Assembly: GCA_001724025.1 (NCBI GenBank)
Contig: MEDJ01000007.1
Coordinates: 18,595 to 82,594 of the forward strand
Direction: 5' to 3'
From: Acidobacteria bacterium SCN 69-37
Lineage (GTDB): Bacteria > Acidobacteriota > Vicinamibacteria > Vicinamibacterales > SCN-69-37
Length of the DNA: 64,000 bases
Part shown: positions 42,766 to 52,983 of the stretch, piece by piece
Position numbering within the stretch: the first letter of the stretch is position 1
Layout: each line of letters starts with the position of its first letter
Program-made: the position numbers and the translations under genes
The notes under the pieces: model-generated
The model's database searches: none
Seen by the model: only the letters and a program-made list of their open reading frames with translations
What the model was told of the DNA's origin: nothing

Positions 42766-43764
42766 ATGGTGGGGGCAAGTGCATTGGTCGATCGGTCAGC
42801 GGTGTTGTCCTGGATCGCGAACACGCTGGGCGCGCGTGAGGCCCGTCATGCCGGAAGCATCCAGCCACTCTGGGCGGGCTACGGCGAGCTGTTCCGGATC
42901 GAGCTCTCGGGTCGTGCCGTGCGGCGGGCGATCGTGAAGTGGGCGCGGCCGCCGCGCGATGCGGACGAACCATCGGCTGCGCGCAAGCGCGAATCGTTCG
43001 ACGTCGAGACGACCTTCTACCGGCGTGTGGCGGCGCGGTGCGACGAGACCTGCCGTGTGCCCGTGCTGCTTGCCGCGCGAGGCGGCGGGGAGACCGGTGA
43101 GTGGATCCTCGTGCTCGAGGATCTGGATGCCTCGGGCTACGACACGCGTGTCGCGGAAGCGGCAGGGGCGCAGCTCGAGGCGGCGCTCGCGTGGCTGGCG
43201 AGCTTTCACGCGCGGTTTCTCGGCGAGTCCGTCGACGGATTGTGGCCGACCGGCACCTATTGGCACCTGGGTACTCGTCTCGACGAACTTGCGGCGATCG
43301 ATGATGCCGCGCTGCGCACGATCGCCCCTCGAGTGGCCGCCCGCCTGGCTGCCGTGCGCTATCGCACGCTCGTGCACGGCGATGCGAAGGATGCCAACTT
43401 CTGTTTCGGGCCGCGCGGCACCGACGTTGCGGCCGTCGACTTCCAGTACGTCGGCGCCGGCTGTGCCATGAGCGATGTCGCGTACCTGTTGTACGGCCGC
43501 AGCGACGAACCGGCCGATGGCATCGATCGTCGCCGGCTCGACACGTATTTCAGGCACCTGCGCCGCGCGCTCGGCCGTCGCCCCGATGCGGAGGCTGTCG
43601 ACATCGACGCGCTCGAAGCCGAGTGGCTCAGTCTCTATCCCATGGCCCGGCTCGACTTCTGCCGGTTTCTCGCCGGATGGCGACCCGAGGCGTGGCGCCG
43701 GGACCTGGCTGGTCAACGTTTCGTGCGCGCCATGCTCGACGACATGAGGGACACGTCGCTGTGA
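42766..43764 (+). CDS. protein-kinase-fold phosphotransferase (APH/ChoK/EcKL-like)
   Basis: Catalytic LVHGDAKDANF and DFQYVG motifs. Internal ATG 42766 of ORF 42280..43764. Confidence 0.8.
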   Translation: MVGASALVDRSAVLSWIANTLGAREARHAGSIQPLWAGYGELFRIELSGRAVRRAIVKWARPPRDADEPSAARKRESFDVETTFYRRVAARCDETCRVPVLLAARGGGETGEWILVLEDLDASGYDTRVAEAAGAQLEAALAWLASFHARFLGESVDGLWPTGTYWHLGTRLDELAAIDDAALRTIAPRVAARLAAVRYRTLVHGDAKDANFCFGPRGTDVAAVDFQYVGAGCAMSDVAYLLYGRSDEPADGIDRRRLDTYFRHLRRALGRRPDAEAVDIDALEAEWLSLYPMARLDFCRFLAGWRPEAWRRDLAGQRFVRAMLDDMRDTSL

Positions 43765-43768
43765 AATC

Positions 43769-43845
43769 TGGTCGGGGCGACTGGATTCGAACCAGCGACA
43801 TCTCGCTCCCAAAGCGAGCGCTCTACCGGGCTGAGCCACGCCCCG
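43769..43845 (-). tRNA. tRNA-Pro (anticodon TGG)
   Basis: Reverse complement folds as a cloverleaf. Acceptor CGGGGCG/CGCCCCG, D-arm GCTC/GAGC, anticodon arm CTCGC-TTTGGGA-GCGAG, T-arm GCTGG-TTCGAAT-CCAGT, discriminator A and an encoded CCA. Confidence 0.95.
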
Positions 43846-43879
43846 ACTGATAGCTCATGGTAGCCGACCCGGCCGGCCC

Positions 43880-44734
43880 GTGGCTATCGGCGTGGCTGGT
43901 ATGCTGCGGCGTGGCCGGGGCCGGATGACGCAGGTACTTGTGATGGTAGCGGTCGTGGGCCTGGGGCTGTGGCTCGCGCAACGGTGGCTCATCTATTTCC
44001 CCGAGCGCGTCCTGCCGCCGTTGCGCGCGCTCGATCTGCCCACGGCCGAACCCGTCGCGTTCGTCACCACCGACGACCTGCGCCTGGAAGGCTGGTTCGT
44101 GCAGCCGGTCGCCGCGCCCACCGGACAGACGGTCATCCTCTTCAACGGCAACGCCGGCAATCGCGCCCACCGCGCACCGCTGGCCAGCGCCCTCGCGCGC
44201 GCCGGTCACGCCGTCTTCCTGTTCGATTACCGCGGGTACGGCGGCAACCCGGGCCTGCCCTCGGAACGCGGCCTGCGGCGCGACGCTCGTGCCGCCCTCG
44301 ACGCCGTGCTCGGCCGCGACGACGTGGATCCGGCGCGGATCGTGTATTTCGGGGAATCGCTGGGCACCGGCGTGGCCGTGTGGCTCGCCACCGAGCGGCC
44401 GCCGCACGCGCTGATCCTGCGGTCGCCCTTCACGTCGCTCGTCGACGTGGGGCGCCACCACTATCCGGTCCTGCCCGTGGCCTGGCTGCTGCGCGATCGG
44501 TTCACCTCGATCGATCGCATCATCGACATCGCCACGCCGCTGCTCGTCATCGCGGGGACGGCTGACAGCATCGTGCCGCCCGAGTCGAGCGAGACGCTCT
44601 ACGACGCGGCGCCGGAACCGAAGTGGCTCGCGACGATCGAGGACGCCGACCACAACGATCTGGCGCTGCTCGCCGGCCGCGAGGTGATGACCGCCATCCT
44701 CCGGTTCCTCGACGGCGTCCGCCAGCGCGACTGA
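43880..44734 (+). CDS. alpha/beta-fold hydrolase (BEM46/ABHD13-like) with N-terminal TM anchor
   Basis: Nucleophile elbow GESLGTG, N-terminal VLVMVAVVGLGLWLA. Start is uncertain (GTG 43880, ATG 43901 or 43925). Confidence 0.85.
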   Translation: MAIGVAGMLRRGRGRMTQVLVMVAVVGLGLWLAQRWLIYFPERVLPPLRALDLPTAEPVAFVTTDDLRLEGWFVQPVAAPTGQTVILFNGNAGNRAHRAPLASALARAGHAVFLFDYRGYGGNPGLPSERGLRRDARAALDAVLGRDDVDPARIVYFGESLGTGVAVWLATERPPHALILRSPFTSLVDVGRHHYPVLPVAWLLRDRFTSIDRIIDIATPLLVIAGTADSIVPPESSETLYDAAPEPKWLATIEDADHNDLALLAGREVMTAILRFLDGVRQRD

Positions 44735-44739
44735 TCCCG

Positions 44740-47460
44740 CTACTCGCTCCGGAGGAACGCGACGACGTCGGCCACGTCCTGCGCGGTCAGGCCCAGTTGC
44801 GCCGCGCTCATCATCAGCGACGTGCCCATGTTGCGTCGGGCCGCGACGCGGTCCGACGGGATGATCTGCGTGATGCCGCCCATGCTGCGCATCATCAGCG
44901 GCTCGCCCTGCTTGAGCAGCAGGCCCTGGATCAACAGGCCGTCCTTCGTCCGGATCTCGGTGCCGCCGAAGCCGAGGGCAATCTCCGCGTTCGGATCGAT
45001 GAGCGCCGCGGCAATGACCTCTGCCGACTTGCCACGTCCCCATCCGTCGAGCGCCGGACCGAGCTCCGCACCGGCCCCGCCGATCGTGTGGCACATCAGG
45101 CACTGGTTGGCGGCTTCGCGCCCGCGCTGGGCATTGCCCGTGAGTCGCGCCACCTGATCCACGGTCAGCACGGGCAGATCGTCAGGCGCGGCGGGGACCG
45201 TGACGGCCTGCAGCGTGATGGCGTCCGGATCGTAGATGCCCGCGGTCTTCAGGCGGGGCAGCAGGTCGTGGCTGGCCCAGCTGTTGGACATGCGGTTGAG
45301 CAGCCACCACGTGGCGGGCTCGCGCAGCGGACTGTCGGGGGCCGCCAGGGCCAGCGTGGCTGTCGAGGCCGCGGGATCGTCGATGAACGCGATCGTGTCG
45401 AGCGCGAGGCGCCGTTCCTCGATCGACAGGCGCGTCGACGCGGCGCGCGCCTGGAGATCAGCCACGGCCGCGGGCACGTGCAGCCGCCACGCGAGCCGCG
45501 CGAACGATGGCGACCAGGCAAGGGGATCGGTTGGAATGTTCAGATCGCGTCGCAGGCGATCGTACAGCGCGACCTCCTTGCCGGTCGCGCCCGTCCCCCA
45601 CGCTTCCAGATACGACCGGTCCTCGCCGTCGTAGCCGCGTGCCAGCTCGACGAGCAGATCGAGAGACTCGGCTGCGGAGCGATCGCGCAGCGAGAGCGCC
45701 ACCTCGCGCCGCACGCCCGCATCCGCATCGCGGACCAGGCGACGGGCTTCGGCACCGACGTCGAGGCCGGCGCGTCGCATGGCGCGATAGGCGGCAATGC
45801 GCATCACGGGATCGGTGTACGACGAGGGCAGCCCCGCACGGCGCTGGCCCTCGGGGCCGAGCTGATAGAGCAGGTGGATGGCGCGGCCGCGCATGTACGG
45901 GCTCGGGTCGTCGAGCATCGCGGCCACCGCGCCGACGGCCTCGGCGCTCTTGGCCTTCAACCCGTTGAAGCCGATCGCGCGCACGTTGACCGCGGGTGAG
46001 CGAAGCGCCGTGATGAGGCCCGCCAGCGTCGCGGGATCGAACGACGGCACGCGCGACACGAAGCCCTTCGGCGCGATCCGATAGATCGCGCCCGACAGCG
46101 CGTCGTCCAGATCCTGGTGGCCGCCGACGCGCGCGTCGATCCAGTCGCTGACGTACAGCGCACCGTCCGGGCCGACGGCAATGTCCGACGGACGGAACAG
46201 GGTCTCGAGCGCGCCCGTGGCCGTGCGGTTGCCGCCGACGAAGTCGGATCCGGCGTACTGCTGCTTCGCGTTCGACGTGAGGAACACGGATCGATCGAGT
46301 GCGAAGCCGGCGCCCTGGCGCGCCGGCTGATACGCGAAGATCTCGTTGCGTCCCGCGTCGGCCGCGAGGAACGTGCCGTCCCAGGCCGGGCCAAGCGCGC
46401 CGTTCTCGTAGAACACGTTGCCTGTCGGCGATCCGCCGCCGTAGATGTCGCCCGCCGGCGCGATGCCCGGATCGTCCTGCCGCCACTCGGCTGTCGGGAT
46501 CGACTGGCCGGGCCGCCTGTCGACCTGCCAGGTGCGCTGCCCGTCGCTCGACGCGAACCCGAAGTTCGCGTATTCCATCACCCAGCTCACGCGGCAGGCG
46601 GGCGGATCGTCGTTGTCGTGCTGGAAGACGTCGCCGAGTGACGTGACCGACTGCTCGTACGAGTTGCGGTAGTTGTACCCGATGATTTCGACGTTCGTCC
46701 CGTCCGGGTTCATCCGCGCGGTGAACCCGCCCACGTACACGTGGCCATCGTCGCTCGGCTTGCCGGCGTAGATCGCCGGGTTGTGGGGGAAGACGAATGG
46801 GCCGATCGGGTCGGGCTGGTAGGGGCTGAAGATGCGGAAGGTCTGGCCCGACCTGTCGATGAACGTCGCGCCCATGTTCCCGGAATTGAAGACCCACTTG
46901 CCGTCCGGGCCCACCGTGACCGAGTGCAGCGAGTGGTCGTGGTTGATGCCCTGGAAGCCCGTCAGCAGGACCTCGCGGATGTCGACGTCCGGATCGAAGC
47001 GCAGGTTGCGGTTCACGTCCGTGTAGACGATGAGATCGGGCGGCTGCGCCACGATGATCTTGTTGTCGATGACCGACACGCCGAGCGGCGCCACGAGCGC
47101 GGGCTCCTGCACGAACGTGTGCGACGCATCCGCGCGGCCGTCCCCGTCCGTATCCTCGAGCACGACGATGCGATCGCCGGCGGTCTCGCGCGCGTGGTGC
47201 GACCGGTACCGCACGCCCTCGGCGACCCAGATCCGGCCGTCCTTGTCGATGTCGATGTTCGTCGGGTTCCGCAGCAGCGGCGACGTGGCCCACACCGTCA
47301 CCTCGAGCCCGTCGGGCAGCTGGAACAGGTCCACGGGCACCTGCTGGAGCGGCGCGGGCGACGGGGCGGGCGGGCGCGCGTCCTGGAAAGCCTGTTGCGG
47401 CGCGGTGAAGATCACCAACAGTGTCAGCAGCGTGATCGGCGAACAGCGGCGTCGGCGCAT
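44740..47460 (-). CDS. PVC-type heme-binding CxxCH protein (beta-propeller dehydrogenase-like domain + HEAT repeats + C-terminal cytochrome c)
   Basis: Internal ATG 47460 (MRRRRCSPITLLTLLVIFTAPQQA signal). HEAT-like repeats. C-terminal ANQCLMCHTIGGAG heme c motif. Confidence 0.85.
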   Translation of the reverse strand: MRRRRCSPITLLTLLVIFTAPQQAFQDARPPAPSPAPLQQVPVDLFQLPDGLEVTVWATSPLLRNPTNIDIDKDGRIWVAEGVRYRSHHARETAGDRIVVLEDTDGDGRADASHTFVQEPALVAPLGVSVIDNKIIVAQPPDLIVYTDVNRNLRFDPDVDIREVLLTGFQGINHDHSLHSVTVGPDGKWVFNSGNMGATFIDRSGQTFRIFSPYQPDPIGPFVFPHNPAIYAGKPSDDGHVYVGGFTARMNPDGTNVEIIGYNYRNSYEQSVTSLGDVFQHDNDDPPACRVSWVMEYANFGFASSDGQRTWQVDRRPGQSIPTAEWRQDDPGIAPAGDIYGGGSPTGNVFYENGALGPAWDGTFLAADAGRNEIFAYQPARQGAGFALDRSVFLTSNAKQQYAGSDFVGGNRTATGALETLFRPSDIAVGPDGALYVSDWIDARVGGHQDLDDALSGAIYRIAPKGFVSRVPSFDPATLAGLITALRSPAVNVRAIGFNGLKAKSAEAVGAVAAMLDDPSPYMRGRAIHLLYQLGPEGQRRAGLPSSYTDPVMRIAAYRAMRRAGLDVGAEARRLVRDADAGVRREVALSLRDRSAAESLDLLVELARGYDGEDRSYLEAWGTGATGKEVALYDRLRRDLNIPTDPLAWSPSFARLAWRLHVPAAVADLQARAASTRLSIEERRLALDTIAFIDDPAASTATLALAAPDSPLREPATWWLLNRMSNSWASHDLLPRLKTAGIYDPDAITLQAVTVPAAPDDLPVLTVDQVARLTGNAQRGREAANQCLMCHTIGGAGAELGPALDGWGRGKSAEVIAAALIDPNAEIALGFGGTEIRTKDGLLIQGLLLKQGEPLMMRSMGGITQIIPSDRVAARRNMGTSLMMSAAQLGLTAQDVADVVAFLRSE

Positions 47461-47609
47461 GACTCTCCAGCCCGGTGCCCGGCCCCGGGATTCCCGCGTG
47501 GCCGGACGACGGCGATGTGGACGTAGACGGAACGTCGCCATTATGCACGCGTCGGGCCGCTTTCGGACGGGGTCGTAAACGCCGGCCCCGCCGGGCGCGT
47601 AGACGCCGC

Positions 47610-48113
47610 ATGACCCTCTTCCGCGCGTTCTGCCTGGCAATACTCGCCACCCTCGCCGCGGTTCCCGCGACCGCGCAGTCGACGTCGCCGCGGCTGTCGG
47701 GCGACGACTACGCCGAGATCCTCCAGCTCTATTTCAAGTATCCGATCGCCCTCGACTCGGGGGACGCCGAGGGCTACGCCGATCTCTTCACGGCCGATGG
47801 CTCGTTCGGCAATCGCGTGGGACGCGAGGCGCTGATTGCGTTCGTCACGGGCCGCACGCCCTCCACCGTCCGGCACGCACCGCTGACGCCGCTCATCGTC
47901 GCGACGGCCGAGGGGGCCCGCGGGACGGTGCTCAATCTGTTCGTCGACGTCGCGCAGACGCCGGCCGTCATCACGCGCATCAGCCAGTACACGGACACGC
48001 TCGTGAAGACGCCGCAGGGCTGGCGCTTCAAGACCCGCGTGAACGGATCGGCCGACCTGAGCGGTGGCGCGACGCCGGCGCCGGCGGGGCGGGGCCGCGG
48101 CGGCGCGAACTGA
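47610..48113 (+). CDS. secreted NTF2/SnoaL-like fold protein
   Basis: MTLFRAFCLAILATLAAVPATAQS signal. DAEGYADLFTADGSF and a GWRFKTR pattern typical of SnoaL_4/DUF4440-like domains. Confidence 0.65.
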   Translation: MTLFRAFCLAILATLAAVPATAQSTSPRLSGDDYAEILQLYFKYPIALDSGDAEGYADLFTADGSFGNRVGREALIAFVTGRTPSTVRHAPLTPLIVATAEGARGTVLNLFVDVAQTPAVITRISQYTDTLVKTPQGWRFKTRVNGSADLSGGATPAPAGRGRGGAN

Positions 48114-48126
48114 CGCGCCGATCCCG

Positions 48127-48132
48127 TATGCT
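48127..48132 (+). promoter_or_regulatory. -10-like hexamer TATGCT, 6 nt upstream of the argC ATG (leaderless-type)
   Basis: CCGTATGCTTGATGGATG. Confidence 0.35.
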
Positions 48133-48138
48133 TGATGG

Positions 48139-49080
48139 ATGCAGTTCGTCGTCTACGTAGATGGGCAGGAGGGGACGACGGGACTCCGGATCCGGGAGGT
48201 GCTCGCGGGCCGGAGCGACGTCGAGGTATTGACGATCGATCAGGAACGGCGCAAGGATCCGGCCGAGCGTGCCAGGCTGCTCAACGTCGCCGACGTCGCG
48301 TTCCTCTGCCTGCCTGACGCGGCATCGCGGGAGGCAGCCGCGATGCTCACCAACCCGCGCACCTGCCTGATCGATGCGAGCACGGCCTTCCGGACCGATC
48401 CGACGTGGGTGTTCGGCCTGCCCGAACTCGAGGCCGGGCAGCGCGATCGGATCCGCGCGTCGAAGCGGATTGCCAATCCCGGCTGCCATTCCTCGGCGTT
48501 CATCCTGGCCGTGCGGCCGCTCGTCGACGCGGGGATCGTGCCGCGCACGCTGCCGATGTCGGCCTCGTCACTGACGGGGTACTCGGGCGGCGGACGCCGG
48601 ATGATCGAGCAGTACGAGCGGGGCGATGACCCGCAGCTCCGCTCGCCGCGGCCGTACGCCCTGGGGCTGTCGCACAAGCACCTGCCGGAAATGCTGGTCC
48701 ACACGGGCCTGGCGTCGGCGCCCGTGTTCCAGCCGATCGTGGGGGGCTTCTACAAGGGGCTGGCGGTCAGCGTGCCGCTGCACCTCTCGCAACTGGCGCC
48801 CGGCACGACGCCCGCGGCGATTCATGCCGCGCTCGAGGCGCGGTATGCGGGCGAGCCGTACGTGCGCGTGATGCCGCTCAACGACGCGGCCACGCTCGAG
48901 AGCGGGTTCTTCGACGTGCAGGCGTGCAACGACACGAACCGCGTCGACCTGTTCGTGTTCGCCAGCGCCACGCAGGTCATCCTGATGGCGCGTCTCGACA
49001 ACCTCGGCAAGGGCGCCTCGGGCGCGGCCGTGCAGTGCATGAACGTGCACCTGGGCCTGGACGAAGGACTGGGACTGTAG
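48139..49080 (+). CDS. argC: N-acetyl-gamma-glutamyl-phosphate reductase (short, type 2 form)
   Basis: [19 protein letters not shown]-terminus, active-site [10 protein letters not shown]-terminal [15 protein letters not shown]. Confidence 0.95.
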   Translation: MQFVVYVDGQEGTTGLRIREVLAGRSDVEVLTIDQERRKDPAERARLLNVADVAFLCLPDAASREAAAMLTNPRTCLIDASTAFRTDPTWVFGLPELEAGQRDRIRASKRIANPGCHSSAFILAVRPLVDAGIVPRTLPMSASSLTGYSGGGRRMIEQYERGDDPQLRSPRPYALGLSHKHLPEMLVHTGLASAPVFQPIVGGFYKGLAVSVPLHLSQLAPGTTPAAIHAALEARYAGEPYVRVMPLNDAATLESGFFDVQACNDTNRVDLFVFASATQVILMARLDNLGKGASGAAVQCMNVHLGLDEGLGL

Positions 49081-49173
49081 GAGGCGGGGAGGCTGCAGGC
49101 TGGGAGGAGGCCGGAAGGCGGGAAGGAGCCCGGAAGGCCTTCCCGCCTCCTTCCCGCCTGTCGCCTCCCCGCC
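49081..49173. terminator. long purine-rich/pyrimidine-rich hairpin between convergent argC and glgP
   Basis: GGCGGGGAGGC (49083..) pairs with GCCTCCCCGCC (49162..). The inner GGCGGGAAGGAG...GGAAGG pairs with CCTTCC..CTCCTTCCCGCC. There is no U-tract. The first 16 nt after the TAG are identical to 52984..52999. Confidence 0.6.
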
Positions 49174-51825
49174 TTACTTCACCTCGCAGCTGATCCCGCC
49201 GGCGGCCGGGATGTAGGTGTGACGGACGTAGTCCATCACCATCCGGTCGGCGCTGAAGCGCCAGCCCATGGTGCGGATGCCGCGCTTGATGCGGGCGATC
49301 CACTCGCGGGGCAGGCCGTCGCGGTCGCGGCGGTAGTAGAGCGGGATGATCTCTTCGGTCAGCACCTTCAGCAGCGAGTCGGCGTCGCGCTGATCGTGGA
49401 TGTCCACGTTCGCGTGCGTCTCGCCGCGGCCGATGGCGAAGCCGTTCTGGCCGTCGTACGCCTCGGCCCACCAGCCGTCGAGGATCGAGCAGTTCAGGCC
49501 GCCGTTCAGCACCACCTTCTCGCCGCTCGTGCCGCACGCCTCGAGCGGCCGGCGCGGATTGTTCACCCACAGGTCGACGCCCTGCGTGAGGTGGCGGCCG
49601 ACGTTGATGTCGTAGTCCTCCACGAACACGATCCGGCCGGCAAACCGCGGGTCGCGCATCAGCTGCGCGATCTGCTGGAGCACCTCCTTGCCCGGCCGAT
49701 CGTGCGGGTGCGCCTTGCCGGCGAAGATGAACTGCACCGGCCGGCGGGCGTGGTTGACGATGGCGGCCATCGCGTCGATGTCGCGCAGGATCAGGTTGGC
49801 GCGCTTGTAGGTGGCGAACCGGCGGGCGAACCCGATCGTCAGCGCGTCGGGGCTCAGCGCCTGCCGCAGCGAGGCGACGAAGGCCGGCGACTCACCGCGT
49901 TCCTCCGCGTGCCGTGCCGCGCGCTGCCGCACGAAATGGATCAGCCGCGATCGCAGCACCGCGTGCGTCTCCCACATCTCGGCGTCGTCGATCCCGTCGA
50001 TGGGGAACCAGGTCTGCGGGTGGCTGCCGCGCAACATCCAGTCGGGGCCGAGGTGGCGGTCGTAGACCTGGCGCATCTCGCTGGCCAGCCAGGTGGCCAC
50101 GTGGACGCCGTTGGTGATGTGCCCGATCGGCACCTCGTGCTCGCGTTCCCCCGGGTACAGGCCCTTCCACATGGCGCGCGAGACCTCGCCGTGCAGGGAC
50201 GAGACCGCGTTGGCCCGACGGCTCAGCTTCAGCGCGACCACCGTCATGCAGAACGTCTCGTTCGGATCGTCCGGATTGACGCGACCGAGCGAGAGCAGCG
50301 TATGGGGATCGATGCCGAGGCTGTCGCGCAGCGGGCCGAGGTGTTCTTCGACCAGTTCGGGAGAAAACCGGTCGTGCCCGGCCGGCACCGGCGTGTGCGT
50401 GGTGAAGACGACCTGGGACGAGATGCGCCGCATGGCCTCGCCGGCGTCGATGCCTTCCTCCGCCATGCGGTGGCGGACCAGCTCGAGCGTCGCGAAGGCG
50501 CTGTGGCCCTCGTTGAGGTGGACGACGCCCGGGTGGATCCCGAGCGCGTGCAGCGCGCGGACGCCGCCAATGCCGAGCAGCAGTTCCTGCCGGATGCGCA
50601 CGCGGACGTCGCCACCGTAGAGGCGGGCGGTCAGTTCGCGATCCTCGGGCGTGTTGCCCTCGACGTTCGAGTCGAGCAGCAGGAGCGTGCAGCGCCCCAC
50701 GGCCAGCGTCCAGACGCGCGCGGCAATCGGCCCCGTCCGGGTGTCGATCGTGATCAGTACCGGCAGGCCGTCGGCCGTGGCCGGCTGCGGCGGCAGCAGG
50801 CGGTGATCGGCCTCGATGTACTGCTCCTGCTGCCAGCCCTCGCGGTCGAGCCGCTGACGGAAATAGCCCTGGTCGTAGTACAGGCCCACGGCGACGAGCG
50901 GCACGCCGAGATCCGAGGCGCTCTTGAGGTGATCGCCCGCGAGCACGCCCAGGCCGCCCGAGTAGATCGGGAGCGACTCGTGCAGGCCGAACTCGGCGGA
51001 GAAGTACGCGACGGGCCGGGCCCGCAGGATGCCGGCGTGACGTGCCGCCCACGTATTCGGCGTGTGCAGGTACTCCTGCATGCGGCGATAGGCGTAGTTG
51101 ATCCGGCTGTGCAGGCCGAGCTGCGAACAGCGCGCCTCGAGGTCCTCGGCCGGCAGTTGATCGAGCAGCGCGATCGGGTTGTGCCCGGCCGCGGTCCAGC
51201 GGACCGGATCGATCGCCGCGAACACGGCTCGGGCGTGCGGGTCCCAGCTCCACCACAGGTTCTGCGCCAGCGCCCAGAGCTTCTGGTGCGTCGGCGCCAC
51301 GAACTGATCCTGGGCACGGGCTTCGGCCACGTGCGCGCCGACCAGGCTGGCCACCTCGACCAGCGCGTCGACGTCCGCGTCGCTGAACGACCGCACCTCC
51401 ATCGTCTGGAGGACCAGCACGCCCTGCAGCAGACCGCGATCCAGGAGCGGCACGCCCACGAACGACCGATACGGGTCCTCGCCGGCCTCGGGGAAATACT
51501 TGAAACGTGGGTGCGTCCGGGCGTCTTCGACGCGCTCGGGCCGCAGTTCCTCGGCCACGAGTCCCGCCAGCCCCTCGGTGAGGAGCATGCGCACGCGGCC
51601 GACGCTGTCGGGCCGCAGGCCGGCCGTGGCCGCCAGCACGAGGTTCACGCGATCGGGCTCGAGCAGGTACATCGAGCAGACATCGGTGCGGAACTGGTCG
51701 CGGACGATCTCGACGATGCGCGCCAGGCTGGCGGGTGACGCGTGTCCGCTCGAGACGATCGCGGTCAATTCATCGGCGGACACGACGATCGACGTGCCCG
51801 ATTGCGTGGACTTCTCGGTGCTCAA
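49174..51825 (-). CDS. glgP: alpha-glucan phosphorylase (GlgP family, TIGR02094-like) with N-terminal GAF domain
   Basis: GAF-like N-terminus (DVCSMYLLEPDRVNLVLAATAGL). DUF3417/phosphorylase core with PLP-lysine region CGTSGEKVVLNG. Probable TTG start at 51825, 6 nt after GGGAGG (the ORF extends to 51885). Confidence 0.9.
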   Translation of the reverse strand: MSTEKSTQSGTSIVVSADELTAIVSSGHASPASLARIVEIVRDQFRTDVCSMYLLEPDRVNLVLAATAGLRPDSVGRVRMLLTEGLAGLVAEELRPERVEDARTHPRFKYFPEAGEDPYRSFVGVPLLDRGLLQGVLVLQTMEVRSFSDADVDALVEVASLVGAHVAEARAQDQFVAPTHQKLWALAQNLWWSWDPHARAVFAAIDPVRWTAAGHNPIALLDQLPAEDLEARCSQLGLHSRINYAYRRMQEYLHTPNTWAARHAGILRARPVAYFSAEFGLHESLPIYSGGLGVLAGDHLKSASDLGVPLVAVGLYYDQGYFRQRLDREGWQQEQYIEADHRLLPPQPATADGLPVLITIDTRTGPIAARVWTLAVGRCTLLLLDSNVEGNTPEDRELTARLYGGDVRVRIRQELLLGIGGVRALHALGIHPGVVHLNEGHSAFATLELVRHRMAEEGIDAGEAMRRISSQVVFTTHTPVPAGHDRFSPELVEEHLGPLRDSLGIDPHTLLSLGRVNPDDPNETFCMTVVALKLSRRANAVSSLHGEVSRAMWKGLYPGEREHEVPIGHITNGVHVATWLASEMRQVYDRHLGPDWMLRGSHPQTWFPIDGIDDAEMWETHAVLRSRLIHFVRQRAARHAEERGESPAFVASLRQALSPDALTIGFARRFATYKRANLILRDIDAMAAIVNHARRPVQFIFAGKAHPHDRPGKEVLQQIAQLMRDPRFAGRIVFVEDYDINVGRHLTQGVDLWVNNPRRPLEACGTSGEKVVLNGGLNCSILDGWWAEAYDGQNGFAIGRGETHANVDIHDQRDADSLLKVLTEEIIPLYYRRDRDGLPREWIARIKRGIRTMGWRFSADRMVMDYVRHTYIPAAGGISCEVK

Positions 51826-52011
51826 CAGACGCCTCCCGGCGGAAACCGCGCGGAACTCCCTGGCGGTCCGCGTCGATGCGACCAAATGCTATCGCGGCCG
51901 GCGTCCGCTGGCGCAGACATTCCTGTGGGCAGCGTGCGGGCCTCTTGACAGCCGCGTCCCGGCGTGCTCAGCCACAGGGCGCGGCGAGCCGATCAACAAT
52001 GGGCGATCGAC

Positions 52012-52983
52012 ATGGCCACCGCTTCCCGTCCGACCCGACGTACTCATGACCGCGCCGATCGACAGGCGCGCAACCGCCTGATCGCCGTCGTCGCCCTGGT
52101 GGCCGTGGCTGTCGTCGCCGCGCTCGGCGTGTACTGGTGGGTGTTCCGGTCGCGCGAGCCGGCCCGCGACGGTGCCCCGAACTGGTTTCCCGACGGGCAG
52201 GCCATCGTCTTCGCCACCGAGGTCGGATCCGGACGCGCGGACATCTACCGCATGGACGCCGATGGCAGCGGCCGCCGCGTGCTCGTCGAACACGGGGCGA
52301 ACGACACCAGCCCGGCGATTTCGCCCGACGGCACGCGCCTCGCCTTCGAGAGCGACCGTGACGGCAATCCCGAGATCTACGTCATGGACCTCGCCTCGGG
52401 CCGGCTGACCCGCCTGACGACGGACCCGGCGGGCGACTCGGCGCCGGCCTGGTCGCCCGATGGCCAGCGGATCGTGTTCACCTCCGATCGCGAGCACCGC
52501 GCGAGCGCCGACGTGTACGTGATGAACGCCGACGGATCCGGCGTGCAGCGGCTCACCAGCGACCTGGCGAACTGGGCGCCGCAGTTTGCGCCCGACGGCC
52601 GCCGCGTGGCCATCCAGGTGGATCGCGACATCGTGATCCTCGACCTGGTCGACGGGACGCGGACGCAACTCACCCGCGATCCGCAGAACGGCATGAACCC
52701 GACGTGGTCGCCCGACGGGCAGCGCCTCGCGTTCGTCTCGACGCGCAACCGCCGCGCGGAGATCTTCACGATGCACGCCGACGGCACGAACCCGCAGCTG
52801 CTCGTGACGATGGCGGCCGGCAGCGTGATCGATCCGCGCTGGTCGCCCGATGGCACGCGGGTGGTCTTCGTGATGGTGCCCGATCTCCAGCCGCGTCCGG
52901 GCGAGGACGTGCGGCCCGAGCACGTGCAGGCGATCTACACGATCGACGTCGCGTCGGGCGTCGTGACGCGATTGAGCCGGTAG
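52012..52983 (+). CDS. TolB-like PD40/WD40 beta-propeller repeat protein with N-terminal TM anchor
   Basis: Repeated PAxSPDGxRxAFxSDRDG units (PAISPDGTRLAFESDRDGNPEIYVMD and similar). Confidence 0.85.
   Translation: MATASRPTRRTHDRADRQARNRLIAVVALVAVAVVAALGVYWWVFRSREPARDGAPNWFPDGQAIVFATEVGSGRADIYRMDADGSGRRVLVEHGANDTSPAISPDGTRLAFESDRDGNPEIYVMDLASGRLTRLTTDPAGDSAPAWSPDGQRIVFTSDREHRASADVYVMNADGSGVQRLTSDLANWAPQFAPDGRRVAIQVDRDIVILDLVDGTRTQLTRDPQNGMNPTWSPDGQRLAFVSTRNRRAEIFTMHADGTNPQLLVTMAAGSVIDPRWSPDGTRVVFVMVPDLQPRPGEDVRPEHVQAIYTIDVASGVVTRLSR

Noticed and set aside
32450-43845. Integrative element inserted at tRNA-Pro.
   Set aside because: I see no integrase or excisionase, and no direct repeat of the tRNA 3' end anywhere in the window. 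The genes nearest the tRNA (kinase, dynamin) have host-like composition.
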